NCBI GenBank assembly: GCA_950097015.1
Contig: CATNEN010000041.1
Coordinates: forward strand, 1,488,001 to 1,552,000
Source: Macrostomum hystrix
Lineage: Eukaryota > Animalia > Platyhelminthes
Reading direction: 5' to 3'
Length of the DNA: 64,000 nt
Shown here: positions 10,865-25,000 of the stretch, piece by piece
How positions within the stretch are numbered: the stretch's first letter is position 1
How the letters are laid out: each line of letters starts with the position of its first letter
Program-made: the position numbers and the translations under genes
The notes under the pieces: generated by a model
Seen by the model: the letters and a program-made list of their open reading frames with translations, nothing else
Told to the model about the DNA's origin: nothing
Database searches by the model: none

Positions 10865-13518
10865 ACTGCATTAACTCCAGCTCCATGCAGCTGCCCGCGT
10901 GGAATACTTTGCTTGTCATTGTCAGTTTTTTATTTTATTACGTCCGTTCCGTCAGATGTAAACAATTCACAAATGTAACAATTCTGTTCATCGTTGCAAC
11001 TGTAATTTGCAGGTACATTACGCGTATTTGCTTCTGTGTGCGATTTTTTTCAGTCGCTTCTTTTGTTAAGCACGCTACTCAAGTCTGCCTGCAGTTGGCA
11101 GGCCTCACTTCTTTGTTACCTCTGGCAACTTTTGCCTTAAATAAAGTTTTTTGCAGCTTTGTCACAATCGTTATATCGCTTTTCTGTGTTGATGGTTTTA
11201 GTTTTAGATTGGATATTCATTCACGCATAGATTTCTTGATTTGTTTCACCTTAGCTTCGAAGCAGAAGAAGTTTGGCAGCGATTTTGCATTTTGTTCATT
11301 GCGCATGCTTATCAGTCGGTCAATAATCACCTGGTCTAGAATTTGTTTTGCTCTAACTTTTTGGTGTAAGCCTTACCTTTCTGCAAAAGCATTTGCTATA
11401 GTTTTTAATAAACGCATTTCGTGGTAATGCAGTTTTTGTTCCTTTCTTTAACATAAAAACTCCACAATTTTTTTGTTACCGGTGTGGTTTAATTTTACCT
11501 TGTTTGTTTTGGCGCTTTATGCGATCTTCTCTTTTCAACTCATCGGTCCAGAGAGCTTTAAACTACCAGAAACAGCTTAAGGGCCTTCAAAACAAAAAAT
11601 TGAGCATAAAACATAATTTTTGAAACGACAGGTTGAAGCAAAAATGCAACAAGTATGTTGCGAATTTTTACTAAGATTCTTTTGGTGGTTCATTTTAAAG
11701 CGATAAATATCGAAGTTCCAAACTCTACATATTACTAGAAGTTGATATGGCGGTTGAGAGTGGAGAAACAGACATCTATTAGTCAAAGTAATTAGTCTAT
11801 TTAATAAGTAAGAGTCCGTATCTTCTATCGGAGACTAACTTATGGATGTTAAATCAACCGAAACGAACTCTTTAGTAGATGACATTAAATTTGCGTTTAT
11901 CTCAGCAAATTTGCTTTCGATGTCGTAAAATAAAAATGCTTCTGTTATACTATTTGAAGTATTTCTATGAACGCACTATACAAAATCGAGTTGATGGCTG
12001 ATTCATTATTCATAGTCTCTAGATAAGGTAGGCCATATCGCCTTTATATCGCACCGCAAAAATACTAATAAATAAGTAAAAAGTGTACGGATAGTAAGGA
12101 ATCAACTTTTAGCTAAACACAAGGTCTATGGTTTTATGTGAATATTCGTTTAATGGAATCGCAGTTACAATTGAATAATTAAGGTCTACTTATTTTTAAT
12201 TACAATAGCTAGAACTGCCTATAAGTACTATAATTCTATGGACAGCTTGTTTTCTTTTCTAACCAAAAGCTTCTGTGTCGCTCTAGTCTGTAGAAATAGC
12301 TAGGCCTACTGTAAACAATACAATTGTGTGCCTACGACAAAAATCAATACTTCCAATAATCGGAATAGAAAGAGAATCTAAATAAAAAAGTAAATATATA
12401 AAACAATAATCTAATTAGAAGAGATGCCGATGGTATTTTTGTAACTAATCAACATTTTTACTTGCCAGGGTATTAATTATTATCTATTAGTATTACTTTC
12501 TTAATGTTTCATAGACACAAGCACACAAGCACACACATTAGATAGATAGTTTATTATATATTTGAATTCTTTGCAAGTATAAACATTTCTATTTACAAAT
12601 ATTTACTTACATCATTAAAAAATTTAATAATATTATTGTCTATATTAGGCCTATAGAACTATATTAAAACAACATTTTTTATAACTCAAATGAGAAACCA
12701 GTGTCTTTTAGGCCCTATCCTGAATTCAAAAGTATTTTTTGTAAAAGTAAAACATATACATATAAAACTTCTATATAATTCAGAAAAACATTTTACTAAT
12801 TAATCATTAAATTGTAATAAGATCCAGACTTTTATAAAGGAAAATTATATCAGTTCCATTCTAATAAAAGTTATATATATTCATGACGCATGAACATTTT
12901 TTGATTGTTGATTTGTTGCTTATCATACCTCCAAATGAGGCTAAAAGATAGTAGGCCCTACTTAAAAAAATAAAACAAATTGAGTGTAGCTAGGCAACAT
13001 GCACAAGCATGTCATCAATGCTACCAACAAATCACTGTCAGCTGGATGCAACCAGCTGGTTTCATGAATACCATTGAATGCTTGTTTAGTGTCATTGATT
13101 AAATATTAGGATTCAACTCATCTAAAGCTAGGTAGCACTATGGAAAACATAACCACCAATTATAACTAGTGACAATTGGAATTTCATAGTTTTTGAATTG
13201 ACATTATATTGTTAAATTATTATTTAGCTCAATTTCAGTTTTCTAACAAACTAAAATTTACATTTTGATGTAAATATATTGTTAAAATAAATGAATTGAA
13301 GGCATAATACAGAAAAGTTAGTGATAATACATTCTTGCAAGTGATAATATACCAACTTTTGACAACATAATATATATATTACTGAGTCATCAGTGGAAAG
13401 AAGCCAGAAGCATAACATGTGAAAAACACAACAGCAACCTACTGCCCTTTAAGGGACATTAATGATTGTAACTGCAACTGTAACTCTGGTTGCAGGAGAG
13501 AAAGTGGTATGGCATACA

Positions 13519-13705
13519 GGGGGTCTGTGGCAGAGCGGTTAATGAGTTTGCCTCTTTTGCCAAAGTCCCTAAGTTTGATTCTGTGGTGAGGCCACATTTA
13601 TTTGCGGCACAGCCACAGAGAGAAGGCATGATTGGCAGGCTTGTCATGCAATTTATGCCCTTGAGGGCCAACCTCCAAGGCACAGTTAAGTGTGCATTGC
13701 CTGCC
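13519..13705 (+). mobile_element. tRNA-derived SINE, family B (partial copy)
   Basis: Head GGGGG..TGGCAGAGCGG (A box) and GTTTGATTC (B box). The body (GCAATTTATGCCCTT..GGCCAACCTCCAAGGCACAGT) is shared with the copy at about 41340-41664. Confidence 0.65.
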
Positions 13706-13796
13706 AATGAAATTAAAACCCCCCTGACATTCGAAATTTATAGAGGTAAATATACAGGGGAATTTCCTGGCTGAAAATGTATTGGTTCAGCTAATG

Positions 13797-13876
<80 letters not shown>
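13797..13876. repeat. (TA)n(TG)n microsatellite; likely the 3' tail of the adjacent non-LTR fragment
   Basis: Directly visible; abuts the 3' end of the minus-strand LINE fragment. Confidence 0.95.
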
Positions 13877-14760
13877 TAACCTTGGCTTGGCGGGCCAGGG
13901 CCAGTACCTGCTCCTGGGAAAAGCTCGGTGAAGAGGGCCCAGATGGTCTTGGGCTGGGACCAGAGATCCCGCGGGACGAGTTGGGCAGGTGAACAGATGC
14001 GTGACCAACTCTTCCTCGCCGTGGCATTGCGGGCAGGTGGCAGGCGACTCCTGGTCGAGGCGGTGCTTGCAAAGAGGGCGTTGGAAAGTTAGCGGGTGGT
14101 GAGCAGACCGGAGGAAGGACGGAGAAGTGGCTGATGCACGTTGATGAAGTTGGTGGCGAGCGACGAGTGGAGTTGCCGCCGCGGGGCCTGGACGAGCGAC
14201 AGGTGATGACATGGGTGGCACGAATGAAGCGCTTGCACCCAGAACTGCGCTGCCAGAAGTTCAGAGTGCAGGGACACCGGCAGGATCATACATTCGTCAT
14301 GATGATCGATGCCCGAGCAGCTGTGGCACCCGGTGATGATTTTTAAGCACTGCGTTCTGCGCAGTTTGGATCAGCGACCAGCTGGAGGGGCTGAGGTAGG
14401 GCGCCCAGACAGGAGCGCAGTAGTTGACGTGGGCCCTGGAGATAGCTTTTTAGGTGACAAGCAAAGTCTCTTTATCTTGTCCCCAGGTGCTTCCGGACAG
14501 CGCTTTCAGGATGTTTCAGGTCTTGGCGTGCAGGTGGAATTTAAGGAGCGGGTCGAAAAGGACTCCAAGCAGCTTAGGGTTGCAAACCGTAGGGACAGGA
14601 GTTCCACAGAGAAAGACCTTCGGAGCTGCATTGAACTCATGGTTGGAGCTCGTGAAGAGAGTAGCGGAGGACTTGGCCCTTGAAGGAGGATCTGCAGCTC
14701 TTGGCCACCTTGGTGGGTGGAACCGCGACGGAGACGGGGCTGCAGAATGGTTCGAATGCT
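13877..14760 (-). mobile_element. Decayed, 5'-truncated non-LTR retrotransposon (I-group-like), RT thumb plus C-terminal CCHC
   Basis: Minus-strand translation with stops and frameshifts: KSSATLFT..PKLLGVLFDPLLKFHLH..ILKALSGSTWGQDKETLL..NYCAPVW..QTAQN..ITGC, then HRLD..CPQCHGEEELVTHLFTCP. Ends in a dinucleotide tail. Confidence 0.8.
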
Positions 14761-14968
14761 ATATTTAGAAATAGTTAATGGAAAATTCCATTATAAGCAA
14801 CATTAAAAATCGAAGCCTGTGATCAAGTACAACCAATGGAAATTAATATGCTTTGGCAGCATCAGCGCAGCTTCATGCAATACAAATCTGAAGGCACTAC
14901 TGGTAGTAGCAAAGTCTGTCTAAAATAAGCGATCAGCTTTAAATCAGATTATTTGCCAATTACAACAG

Positions 14969-15150
14969 CGAACTCATGAACTCACACTCACAATTACAAA
15001 TAGCCTTAGAAACTGACAGTGAACTCGTGAACTCACAATTTCAAATAGCCTTAGAAACTGACAGTGAACTCATGAACTCACACTCACAATTTCAAATAGC
15101 CTTAGAAACTGACAGTGAACTCGTGAACTCACAATTTCAAATAGCCTGAG
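14969..15150. repeat. About 45-51-bp tandem repeat, about 4 copies (CAGTGAACTCRTGAACTCAC..AATTTCAAATAGCCTTAGAAACTGA)
   Basis: Directly visible tandem units. Confidence 0.85.
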
Positions 15151-15988
15151 AAAATGGTCTCTGGACAGCTTGGCTGATTGGTTTAAAATTGCTCTTCAGG
15201 TCATAAACCATATAAGAGGGTAAATACGTTTTGCAATACTCCCTGGCCACTGCATGAGAAATAAAATGAACGAAAAAATCTGTAAAACTGAAATTCATTT
15301 CGTTTTATATTTGACGCTTTTTCTGACGAGCTCTATGGAGTATCTTATCCTCACATATATTATTTGCCTACATGTTCTTCAGGCTGCAGAATTTCAGCAA
15401 ATTCTTTTCAGCCCATCAGCATTGTGTCCTTTAAATATGAATGCCCGAGCGGGGCAGCAAAACGATGCATTCTTTACCCTCTCTGTACTTATTTATGGAC
15501 ACAATTTTATTAATGACTATACCCTGCCTCCCCAGTCGAGTGTAAACAGAACTGTGCCAGGCGAGCTACCCGTTCACACAGTGTATCCGAGTCATTAGCA
15601 TAATGGCATTCGCTTGTTTCACGCTCGCCCCGCTTCAGTGCAGCTAGAAAAATTGCACTGTCTCTGTCTCAACAGCCCCGTTGCTCTGGAACTGTACTGC
15701 AGTGTACACTGCCGCTGCTCCCTCCCTGCTGCCCGCCCTATCTGTCCTTCTAGTACTGCCAGTGTACTGTGTGCAACTCGTATAGCGCCAATGCCTGTAT
15801 CAGGTCCTGAAATTTTTCTTAAATTTAATAACATCCAGCTCGACACTGTCTAAATTTTCAGCGACTGCAGCCAGCGCCGCAGCAGCAGCAGCTGTGGCCC
15901 GTCAGTCCTTCTACACTTGCGCACATGTCTATAGGTGATTTGCCTTTAAGCCTTTGAATCCGTGCCCGTGTGCATTTGTCCCTGTTCC

Positions 15989-15996
15989 ACTTCCGG
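15989..15996. promoter_or_regulatory. ETS-type motif (ACTTCCGG) about 100 bp upstream of the DOCK ATG
   Basis: Sequence match and position only; no functional evidence. Confidence 0.25.
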
Positions 15997-16094
15997 TCCG
16001 CCAAGAAGGCAGTGACTGAGGCGTCGGCCATCTATAGCGGCGCGGGCTAATATTGGCCTAGTCAGGCATATATAATTTATACTCCACTGGCACC

Positions 16095-19000
16095 ATGTCT
16101 ATGCCGTGGATCAGCTTAGACGAATCAGACTCGGGCAAGTCTGTGGCCGTCGCTCTCTACAACTACTGCCCCCAGGAGCTGCAGCAGAAACACCTGCGCC
16201 TGGTTGTTGGCGACAAGCTAGCGCTGCTCAGCCAGTACACCAATTGGTACTACGGCCACCTGTGGAGCGACCCCTCCAAGAAGGGAGTTTTTCCGAAGAG
16301 CCACGTGCGCCTGCTGGAGCCGGCCGAGCTTCAGCACCAGCAGCTTCCGCAGCACCGTCGGGCGCCCAGCTCGGCCGCAGCTGGCGTCACCGCCGAGATC
16401 CAGCGCACCTTGCCTAACTGGCTGGACGGCATCCGGCACCAATTCGAGGAGCTCCGCCGACCCCTGCCAGATCTCAGCCAGGCCGCCGACCTGTTCAAAG
16501 AGCTGCGCGAGATGGCGCAACACCTTGAGTCCGTGCGGCTTACATCAGCCGAGGCGACCCAGCAGGCCGAGCTGGCGGCCAAAAAGCTGGACTCCGGCAA
16601 CCAGGCCTACGGCTTCGACACCGTGCTCCGCAACTCCCGCTTCGAGGAGGTGCCCAATCCCCTGGAGCTGCCGTTCGTCATTGCCTACAAGCAGCTGGAC
16701 GAGGCCGCCAAGACCGTCAACATGCCGACTCCCTCTGATGCCCGCATGACCAGCGGCGACCTCGGATACCAGGTGGAGAACTCATCACCTCTTTGAATTG
16801 GTGTAGTTAGTATATTACGTACAATGAGTCGTAACGCAGGCGCGCGCACATATACACACATACATCTGCCCTGACTCAGTGGACACCCACTGTGCCTTCA
16901 TGGTCGTAAATCGATGACAAGCCCCTAAGCCTTGTCTCCGCGACTGCTCCTGAAAAGAATTTGGCCTTGCCACAAATTCGAGCTCAGGCCCTAGGATAAA
17001 AAAGAGTCCGACTCAGCCTCCTGTTTGGCCATAATCCCATATCCCATTTGGTTATCCATCGTCCCACACTGAGCCAGTCTTACAGTCTTCTCGGCTCCCC
17101 GAATCCGCAGGTCACCCCGGTTCGTTTTGAGACGTCCGTGCAGGAAACAATGGAGGTCACGCTTAGCCTGCGCGCCTCCTACGAGCGGAAGCTCAAAGCC
17201 TCCGCCTGGGAGCCCGTGACATTCGTCTCCGAGGCCGGCTCCCGCAGCCCCGGCTCGTTCCGCAGCTCCGCTTCGACGCTGTTCGGCGAAGTGCTGCGCA
17301 TGGACGGCACCGAGTTCACGATTGTTGCGCAGGTGAGAGTTCAAATAATGTCCGATAGCAGAAGAATAACCAGGGATTAACATTTTATGTCGTCCATTTT
17401 TATAGCCGATAAATGATATTAAAGAAACATTTCTCAGTGGTGAGATTTTGAATACATTTCTCAGTGGTGAGATTTTGAATACATTTCTCAGTGGTGAGAT
17501 TTTGAATACATTTCTCAGTGGTGAGATTTTGAATACATTTCTCAGTGGTGAGATTTTGAATACATTTCTCAGTGGTAAGATTTTGAATACATTTCTCAGT
17601 GGTGAGATTTTGAATACATTTCTCAGGGACGGGATTTTGAATACATTTCTCAGTGGTAAGATTTTGAATACATTTCTCAGGGGTGAGATTTTGAATACAT
17701 TTCTCAGTGGTGAGATTTTGAATACATTTCTCAGTGGTGAGATTTTGAATACATTTCTCAGGGACGGGATTTTGAATACATTTCTCAGTGGTAAGATTTT
17801 GAATACATTTCTCAGTGGTGAGATTTTGAATACATTTCTCAGTGGTGAGATTTTGAACACCTTTCTCAGGGTGTGGATTTTGAATACATTTCTCAGTGGT
17901 GAGATTTTGAATACATTTCTCAGGGTCGGGATTTTGAATACATTTCTCAGTGGTGAGATTTTGAATACATTTCTCAGTGGTGAGATTTTGAACACCTTTC
18001 TCAGGGTGTGGATTTTGAATACATTTCTCAGTGGTGAGATTTTGAATACATTTCTCAGGGTCGGGATTTTGAATACATTTCTCAGTGGTGAGATTTTGAA
18101 TACATTTCTCAGTGGTGAGATTTTGAACACCTTTCTCAGGGTGTGGATTTTGAACACCTTTCTCAGGGGTAGTTCATGATTTTTAATGATTTCTCATTAG
18201 TGAGAGATATAAAATATCTATGCCGTGTGATTTCAAATAATTTCTCAGTATTTATATTGTGAGTAAATTCACATGGGTGAGAGTCAGAAATTTCTGGTTC
18301 AATTTTGAATTTACAGATTTTTTCGCTCTGATCTCAGTCAAATTCGCTTAAAACACTTAAAGTCTAAGTTCAGAATCGGTGAAGCATTTTTCGCAGCCAA
18401 TCAAAACAATCCTTAACGCCATCAGATCTGCCGGCAAGGCAAGCTGGACCTAAAGAACAGGCGCAGTCCGTTCGACAGCCTCATCGGCGCCAGCGGCAGC
18501 TCCAACAGCAGCTCTGCCCACAGCGCCGTCGGTCCGCCAGGCGGCGTTCGACGGCCATACGCCGTGGCCTTCTTCGAGCTGAAGGACCTGGCCGAAGGCG
18601 CCGACAAATCAGTCACCATGACGGCGCAGCTGGTGCCCATCAGCGGCACTAATGACGAGAAGCTCAGCCTTGATGAGCTGGCCGCCAAGAAGGGCGACGA
18701 GCGGACCGGCTGCCTGGCGCTGCGCATCGATCGGGTGGCGTTCCGCGCCGCCGCCGCCGCCGCCGCAGCCGCCGCCGCCGCAGCCGCCGCAGCCGCCTCG
18801 GGCACTGCAAACTCCCCGGCTAGTTATGCTGAGCCGTCGGCGGCTTCGACAATCGTGATGGCGCGCCGGCTGGAGCTGGGCTCCGGGCCGCGGGTGGCCG
18901 AGCAGCCGCGGAACCTGGCCTACCTGCGGCTGAGCACTGCGGAGCTGGAGAGGGCGGGCAATAAGCACTCCGAGCCGAACGTTGAGGTGATCGGCAGTTT

Positions 19001-22000
19001 CTTTTGAATGCCGCTTAGCTATTTTGAAGCGTGCGTTGGAGCCTTGAATCACAACTGAATCCCCTGTGGCCCTCAAATCCCTCCAGATCTCCATCCAGGT
19101 GTGCGACAGGACTGGCAAGCCCGTCAGTGGTGTCCTTGCAAACCACCGGCTGTCAATGCACGTCGAGCCCGGCCAGCGCCCGGTGTTCCGCTGGCAGCAG
19201 AGCAGCGAGGAGCACCGAAGCGTTGTCTATTATCATAATGGCCACCCGCGCTGGGATGAGCTCATCCGCCTGCAGCTGGACCCGATCAAACACGACCTGG
19301 CCCGCTACCACATCCGCTTCGAGATCCGGCACCGCTCCACCAAGGCCCGCGGCGACGAGAAGCCCTTGGGCTACTCGGTGCTGTTCCTGCACAACACCTC
19401 CCCCAAATCCCGCCATGAGATGCATAACGCCACGCCCTGCTTGCAAAAGGAGGGCGAGTACAAGCTGGTTGTAAGCGACCGGCAATTTAACATGAATGAC
19501 AAAGATGTCGAACAGCGGTGAGCGCCCCGTAGTCTTTTGTGCTATTTTATGTGCTTAGTGGGATTCTGTCTCACTCTGCTCAGTGTCTAATGTGCTCACT
19601 GTCTAATGTGCTCACTGTCTAATGTGCTCACTGTCTCATGTGCTCACTGTCTAATGTGCTCACTGTCTAATGTGCTCACTGTCTCATGTGCTCACTGTCT
19701 AATGTGCTCACTGTCTAATGTGCTCACTGTCTCATGTGCTCAGTGTCTCATGTGCTCAGCCCTATCCATCCCTCTGCAGCAGCGTGCTGCATAGCGCCCC
19801 CGAAGATCCGAAGTCGCGGCGGAACAGCCTGACGGTGAGCCTCAGCCAGTGCAGCACGGAGCTCAGCACCAACTGGCTTGTCAGCTCTCTCCTGCACCTG
19901 CCTTCCGGCTCCGTGCAGCCCGATCACCTGCGATTCACCAACGAGGATCAGCGCGACGCTGCGGCCTTTTTTCCTCGCCTGTTGCGCCGAGTCCTCGGCC
20001 TCCTGCCGGATCCCCGCTTGACCCAGTCCGCGTTCGCCACCCTGCTGCGCCTGCTCGCTCCGTATTCAACGAACGCCGCCTGCGAGGAACTTGAATCGGT
20101 GCTGGCCGACCTGAAACCCGAAGACCTGCCGGCGGATGTGCATGAGTATGTGCTGCGACACCTGACAGCCGGCATCGAGGCTGATTTCATCAGCAAGACT
20201 GCCGAACGGGATTCGCAGCAGAACGACGCCGGCTTGGTTCCCTCTGGCGGCGAGGACCCGGCGCTGCGACTGTACCAGGCCGCCAGGTCGCTGCTGCGCA
20301 TCGCTGTGCGCTCGCTGCGCCTGCGGCAGGATCTCCAGCCTGAGTACACGCAGGAGCTATTCAAGCCCCTGTTTACCTTGCTGCAAACACATCCGATTCA
20401 GGTGAGATTCCAGTTGTGGGAAAGACAGGGTGGAGAACGATGCGGAGAACGATTGGATGCGGTATCGGCAGAGCGAATCACAGTCACAGAGCAGAAAGAT
20501 AAGTAGAGGGAGGGGCAGTGAAATGTATTGGAGAGAGAAGAATTTGTGTGGAGAGAGAATTAGATGGGTGAAGAGATAAGTAGATAAGTAAAGAGAGAAG
20601 TATATGGGTGAAGAGATAAGTAGATAAGTGAGGAGAGAAGTAGATGGGTGAAGAGAGAATTAGATGGGTGAAGAGATAAGTAGATAAGTAAAGAGAGAAG
20701 TATATGGGTGAAGAGATAAGTAGATAAGTGAAGAGAGAAGTAGATGGGTGAAGAGAGAAGTAGATGGGTAGAGAGATGGGTAAAGGGAAGTGTCATGTCA
20801 TAAAGAAGTAAAGTGTCATGATGGCAGTTGCTGCAACGCACCCCAGGTGAACAATGCTTCTCACTATCGCCTGGTGAGCTCATTCTATGACGAGTACCTT
20901 GAGTCCTTCCTGGAGGTGCTGGAGCCTCGCTGGCTAGGGGAGCAGCTGCTCCGCCTCATCAGTTGCGTGCTCAACCGGAAAGAGCGCCTGCCGCACAGTC
21001 TATTTAAATTCGACCGCATCGTGGCCAAGGAGGCCTTCTGGAACTCGGAGCTCCGGCCACATCTCATGGCTGGCGTCGTCGACTTTGTCTGCGACTTCAT
21101 TCGCACCGAGGAGCGGAAGCCTTCGGATAGCAAGCTGCGCGGAAACCTCACGATGTACGAGGTAGTGCTGCGGCCCTTTAACGAGCTGCTCGTCATCCTG
21201 TCCCGGCTGCCCGAGTCCGCTGTGGCCGAAGAGGTTCGCCTGGTCTGCTGCGAGCGGCGCTTCCTGCGCACCTTGGTACAGACCTGCGCCTCCATCAGCT
21301 TCGAGCAGCCGCTTATCAACTACCAGGTTTGTGCTAAGAGTGCCATGCTGGTGTAATGCTGCTGTAATGCTGCTGTAATGCTTCTGTAATGCTTCTGTAA
21401 TGCTGCTTCTGTACTGCTTCTGTAATGCTGATGTAATGCTGATGTAATGCTTGTATAATGCTTGTGTAATAATGCTGCTGTTATGCTTGTGTAATGCTAG
21501 GGGGCGAGTGGGTCAGCGGCTAGCGTCGCTGCCTCGCACTCCAATGGACGCTAGTTCGATTCTCCCTCCAAGTCACGATTAATTTCGGGGCTTGTTGGAG
21601 GGTTTGGACAGTAGCGACCGGCGGAGGTGCGCCATATTTCGTGCAATCAAAGCTTGAAATAATAGCTTTCATTGTGTGAGTTCTGCGTTGTGTGAGTTGT
21701 GTTCGTTGGCGCTGGGGCGTGAGGCCTTGCGGGGTGGTGGCTGGGGGGGCGTGTGTACACCGCCGCGCGCTTTCTGAATTTCCGTCAGCGCGATTGGATA
21801 AGTGTACACTCATCACCCGGCCCCTCTCCTGAGGACTTATTTTATACCCCGGCTTGGTCTGCTCTGTGCGTGTGGGGCTGGGGTGGGGGGCACTGCTGCC
21901 TATTCTGGGTGCCTCCTGCCCTCCCCGGCTGGTCTGTGCTGCTGTGTGTGGTGCCTGCTCAGGGGAGGCGGCGCGATGGACGCAAAGCGCCTAGTTCGCC

Positions 22001-25000
22001 GGTCTGGGGGCGTGCCGCTCCGTCGCTTGTGCGACAAGTGCCCCGGGCCCCCATGCAAATAGATAGACAGTTGCGTAATGCTGCTGTAATGCTGCTGTAA
22101 TGTTGCTGTAATGTTGCTGTAATGCTGCTGTAATGCTGCTGTAATGTTGCTGTAATGCTGCTGTTGTTCTTGTGTAATACTGCTGTAATGTTGTGTAATG
22201 CTGCTTTAATGTTGCTGTTTTGCTGCTGTAATGTTGTGTAATGTTGGCGTAATGCTGCTTGATTTCTGGTGTAAGGGACCTTAGTGCGAGACGCTCTTGC
22301 CCCCACCCCTCCCTATTGCTGATGCTATTAAGTTGCAATGCTATGTGTAATCTTGTTAGTTTAATGCTGATGACATGCGGGGGTGCATTGCGGGTTTAAC
22401 AGTGGAACTGCCAAGCCATTCTGCCGCCAGTTTCTATACTAAGAGGGAGGATTCCCCCTGAAATGTTTTTTGGAAGCGCCTGAATGCTAACATCGTTGGC
22501 TGGTGACTGATTGGTTGACAGACTAGGCGATGGTGTACTCTGGTTGAGCTGCGCCTAGTATTTAGGTTTGATTAGTAAAATTTAAGAAATTCGCGTCAGG
22601 GCGGTCCATAGTGGCCTAGTTCCACCTGTTGTAGCTCCCCGCCTGGACTTTGGTCCGGTTCTTTCGTCCGCTCACTTATCCGATAGTTCGTCTGGTTGAT
22701 AATGTATTTTTTCCATAAGGAAAAATCGGACGAAGCGGACGAAAAGTTACGAAAGCGGACGAAAACTTCACCTCACGTGACGTTCGTCCGCTCGTTAGTC
22801 CGGTGTTTGATCCGTTTATCTGCCGATGCTTCGTCCGTTTCACTTTAGCACTGACTAAACAAATCGGACGAGCAGGCGGATTAAAAGCGGGTGAAATGCG
22901 GACCAAATCGCTTCATTTGGCGATTCGGACGAGCAGGCGGATTAAAAGCGGGTGAAATGCGGACCAAATCGCTTCATTTGGCGATTCGGACGAGCAGGCG
23001 GATTAAAAGCGGGTGAAATGCGGACCAAATCGCTTCATTTGGCGATTCGGACGAGCAGGCGGATTAAAAGCGGGTGAAATGCGGACCAAATCGCTTCATT
23101 TTGCGATTCGGACGAGCAGGCGGATTAAAAGCCGGTGAAACGCGGACCAAATCGCTTCATTTTGCGATTCGGACGAGTAGGTGGATTAAAAGCGGGTGAA
23201 ATGCGGACCAAATCGCTTCATTTGGCGATTCGGACGAGCAGGCGGATTAAAAGCGGGTGAAATGCGGACCAAATCGCTTCATTTGGCGATTCGGACGAGC
23301 AGGCGGATTAAAAGCGGGTGAAATGCGGACCAAATCGCTTCATTTGGCGATTCGGACGAGCAGGCGGATTAAAAGCGGGTGAAATGCGGACCAAATCGCT
23401 TCATTTTGCGATTCGGACGAGCAGGCGGATTAAAAGCCGGTGAAACGCGGACCAAATCGCTTCATTTTGCGATTCGGACGAGCAGGTGGATTAAAAGCGG
23501 GTGAAATGCGGACCAAATCGCTTCATTTTGCGATTCGGACGAGCAGGCGGATTAAAAGCGGGTGAAATGCGGACCAAATCGCTTCATTTGGCGATTCGGA
23601 CGAGCAGGCGGATTAAAAGCGGGTGAAATGCGGACCAAATCGCTTCATTTGGCGATTCGGACGAGCAGGTGGATTAAAAGCGGGTGAAATGCGGACCAAA
23701 TCGCTTCATTTGGCGATTCGGACGAGCAGGCGGATTAAAAGCCGGTGAAACGCGGACCAAATCGCTTCATTTTGCGATTCGGACGAGCAGGTGGATTAAA
23801 AGCGGGTGAAATGCGGACCAAATCGCTTCATTTGGCGATTCGGTCGAGCAGGCGGATTAAAAGCCGGTGAAACGCGGACAGAAAAGTAAGTAAAGGCCTC
23901 AAATATAATAGCGTAGCCACAATGGTGTCAATTAATTTGTGAAAAAAGCAAAAATTGACGTACTATGTATATTCTTGGCATCCAGACTGGCACTGTAAAT
24001 TGTATTTTAGTTTATTCACCGAGTATATAAGAAATGTTGTATTAAATTGAAGCCAAGCGGCAAAAATGCGTATATTGAGGGACAGAATAGAGACGTATTG
24101 AGTGACAAATGCAGTAAATTGTCAAATTGCGAAATGGCCAAAAAAGCACAAAAACGTTGTTTTAGGAAGTGTACTAGAGAAGTGTTACTAGTGTAGTTTT
24201 GGAAGGCGGCCTCGAAATGGTTGACTTTTAAGTTTGCAAAACGTTGTTTTAAAATTGAAATTTAAAGTGAACACATCACTTTAAAAAGATGTATATGTAA
24301 ATTTAGCCAATACTTATATATGGGTTTGATCGACATAACAGGGAATCAAGTTGGAAAGATCGAACCCGGAGGAAAAAGGGTACTACACATAGCTTCCCAT
24401 GATGTTGCTAATATTGCTAATACAGTCCATTACATGTTTAGTGGAACTGTAAAAGTTGCTCATTGTATATCAGAGGCCATACCTCTTCGATCAAATCAGA
24501 TTATATCACTCATTCGAGTGTGATCATATCATAATTACGTTCGAATTTTGTCTCCGAAATTGCCGTGCGTAGTACCAAAAAAACCTCCGAATCAGTAAAC
24601 TGCAAATTGCGGTTTTTAACAGAAAAATGATAGACGAGAAAAAAAGATAAATGAAAAATTATAGGATAAGGATAAATGATAAGCTGGATAAAGGATAATA
24701 AAAAGGATAAAATAGAACAACACGAAATTCTAGCTGCTAACCACATAATCCCAGAAACAAAATGTAGTATATGAAAGATCCCAAAACCAGTAATCCGTAG
24801 ATCAATTCGCAAACTAAAAATTATAAAGAAAAATCCTACATCCTGGAAATAATTATCAAAGATCCCGAATTCGAACGTCAAAGATCCTGTGGCGAGCCAG
24901 CCCAGCTATACCTATGGCCCAAATAAACAAGTGCCCAGCCTCGCGAGCTCGAGCTGAGCCAAGAGGTCCCCGGCCCGAAAGGAGAGCCGCTTCAATCCTG

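Noticed and set aside
11600-12350. Possible very old CR1/L2-type RT remnant on the minus strand
   Set aside because: Only faint motif echoes across many stops; not supportable without a profile search.
21500-21575. tRNA genes at the SINE heads (also 13519, 41664, 51327, 55340)
   Set aside because: A/B-box-like motifs are present, but no convincing cloverleaf or acceptor stem; they continue into shared SINE bodies.
24537-24878. 11-bp inverted repeat (ACGTTCGAATT) suggesting a MITE
   Set aside because: No TSD and no second copy; a match of this length is expected by chance in 64 kb.
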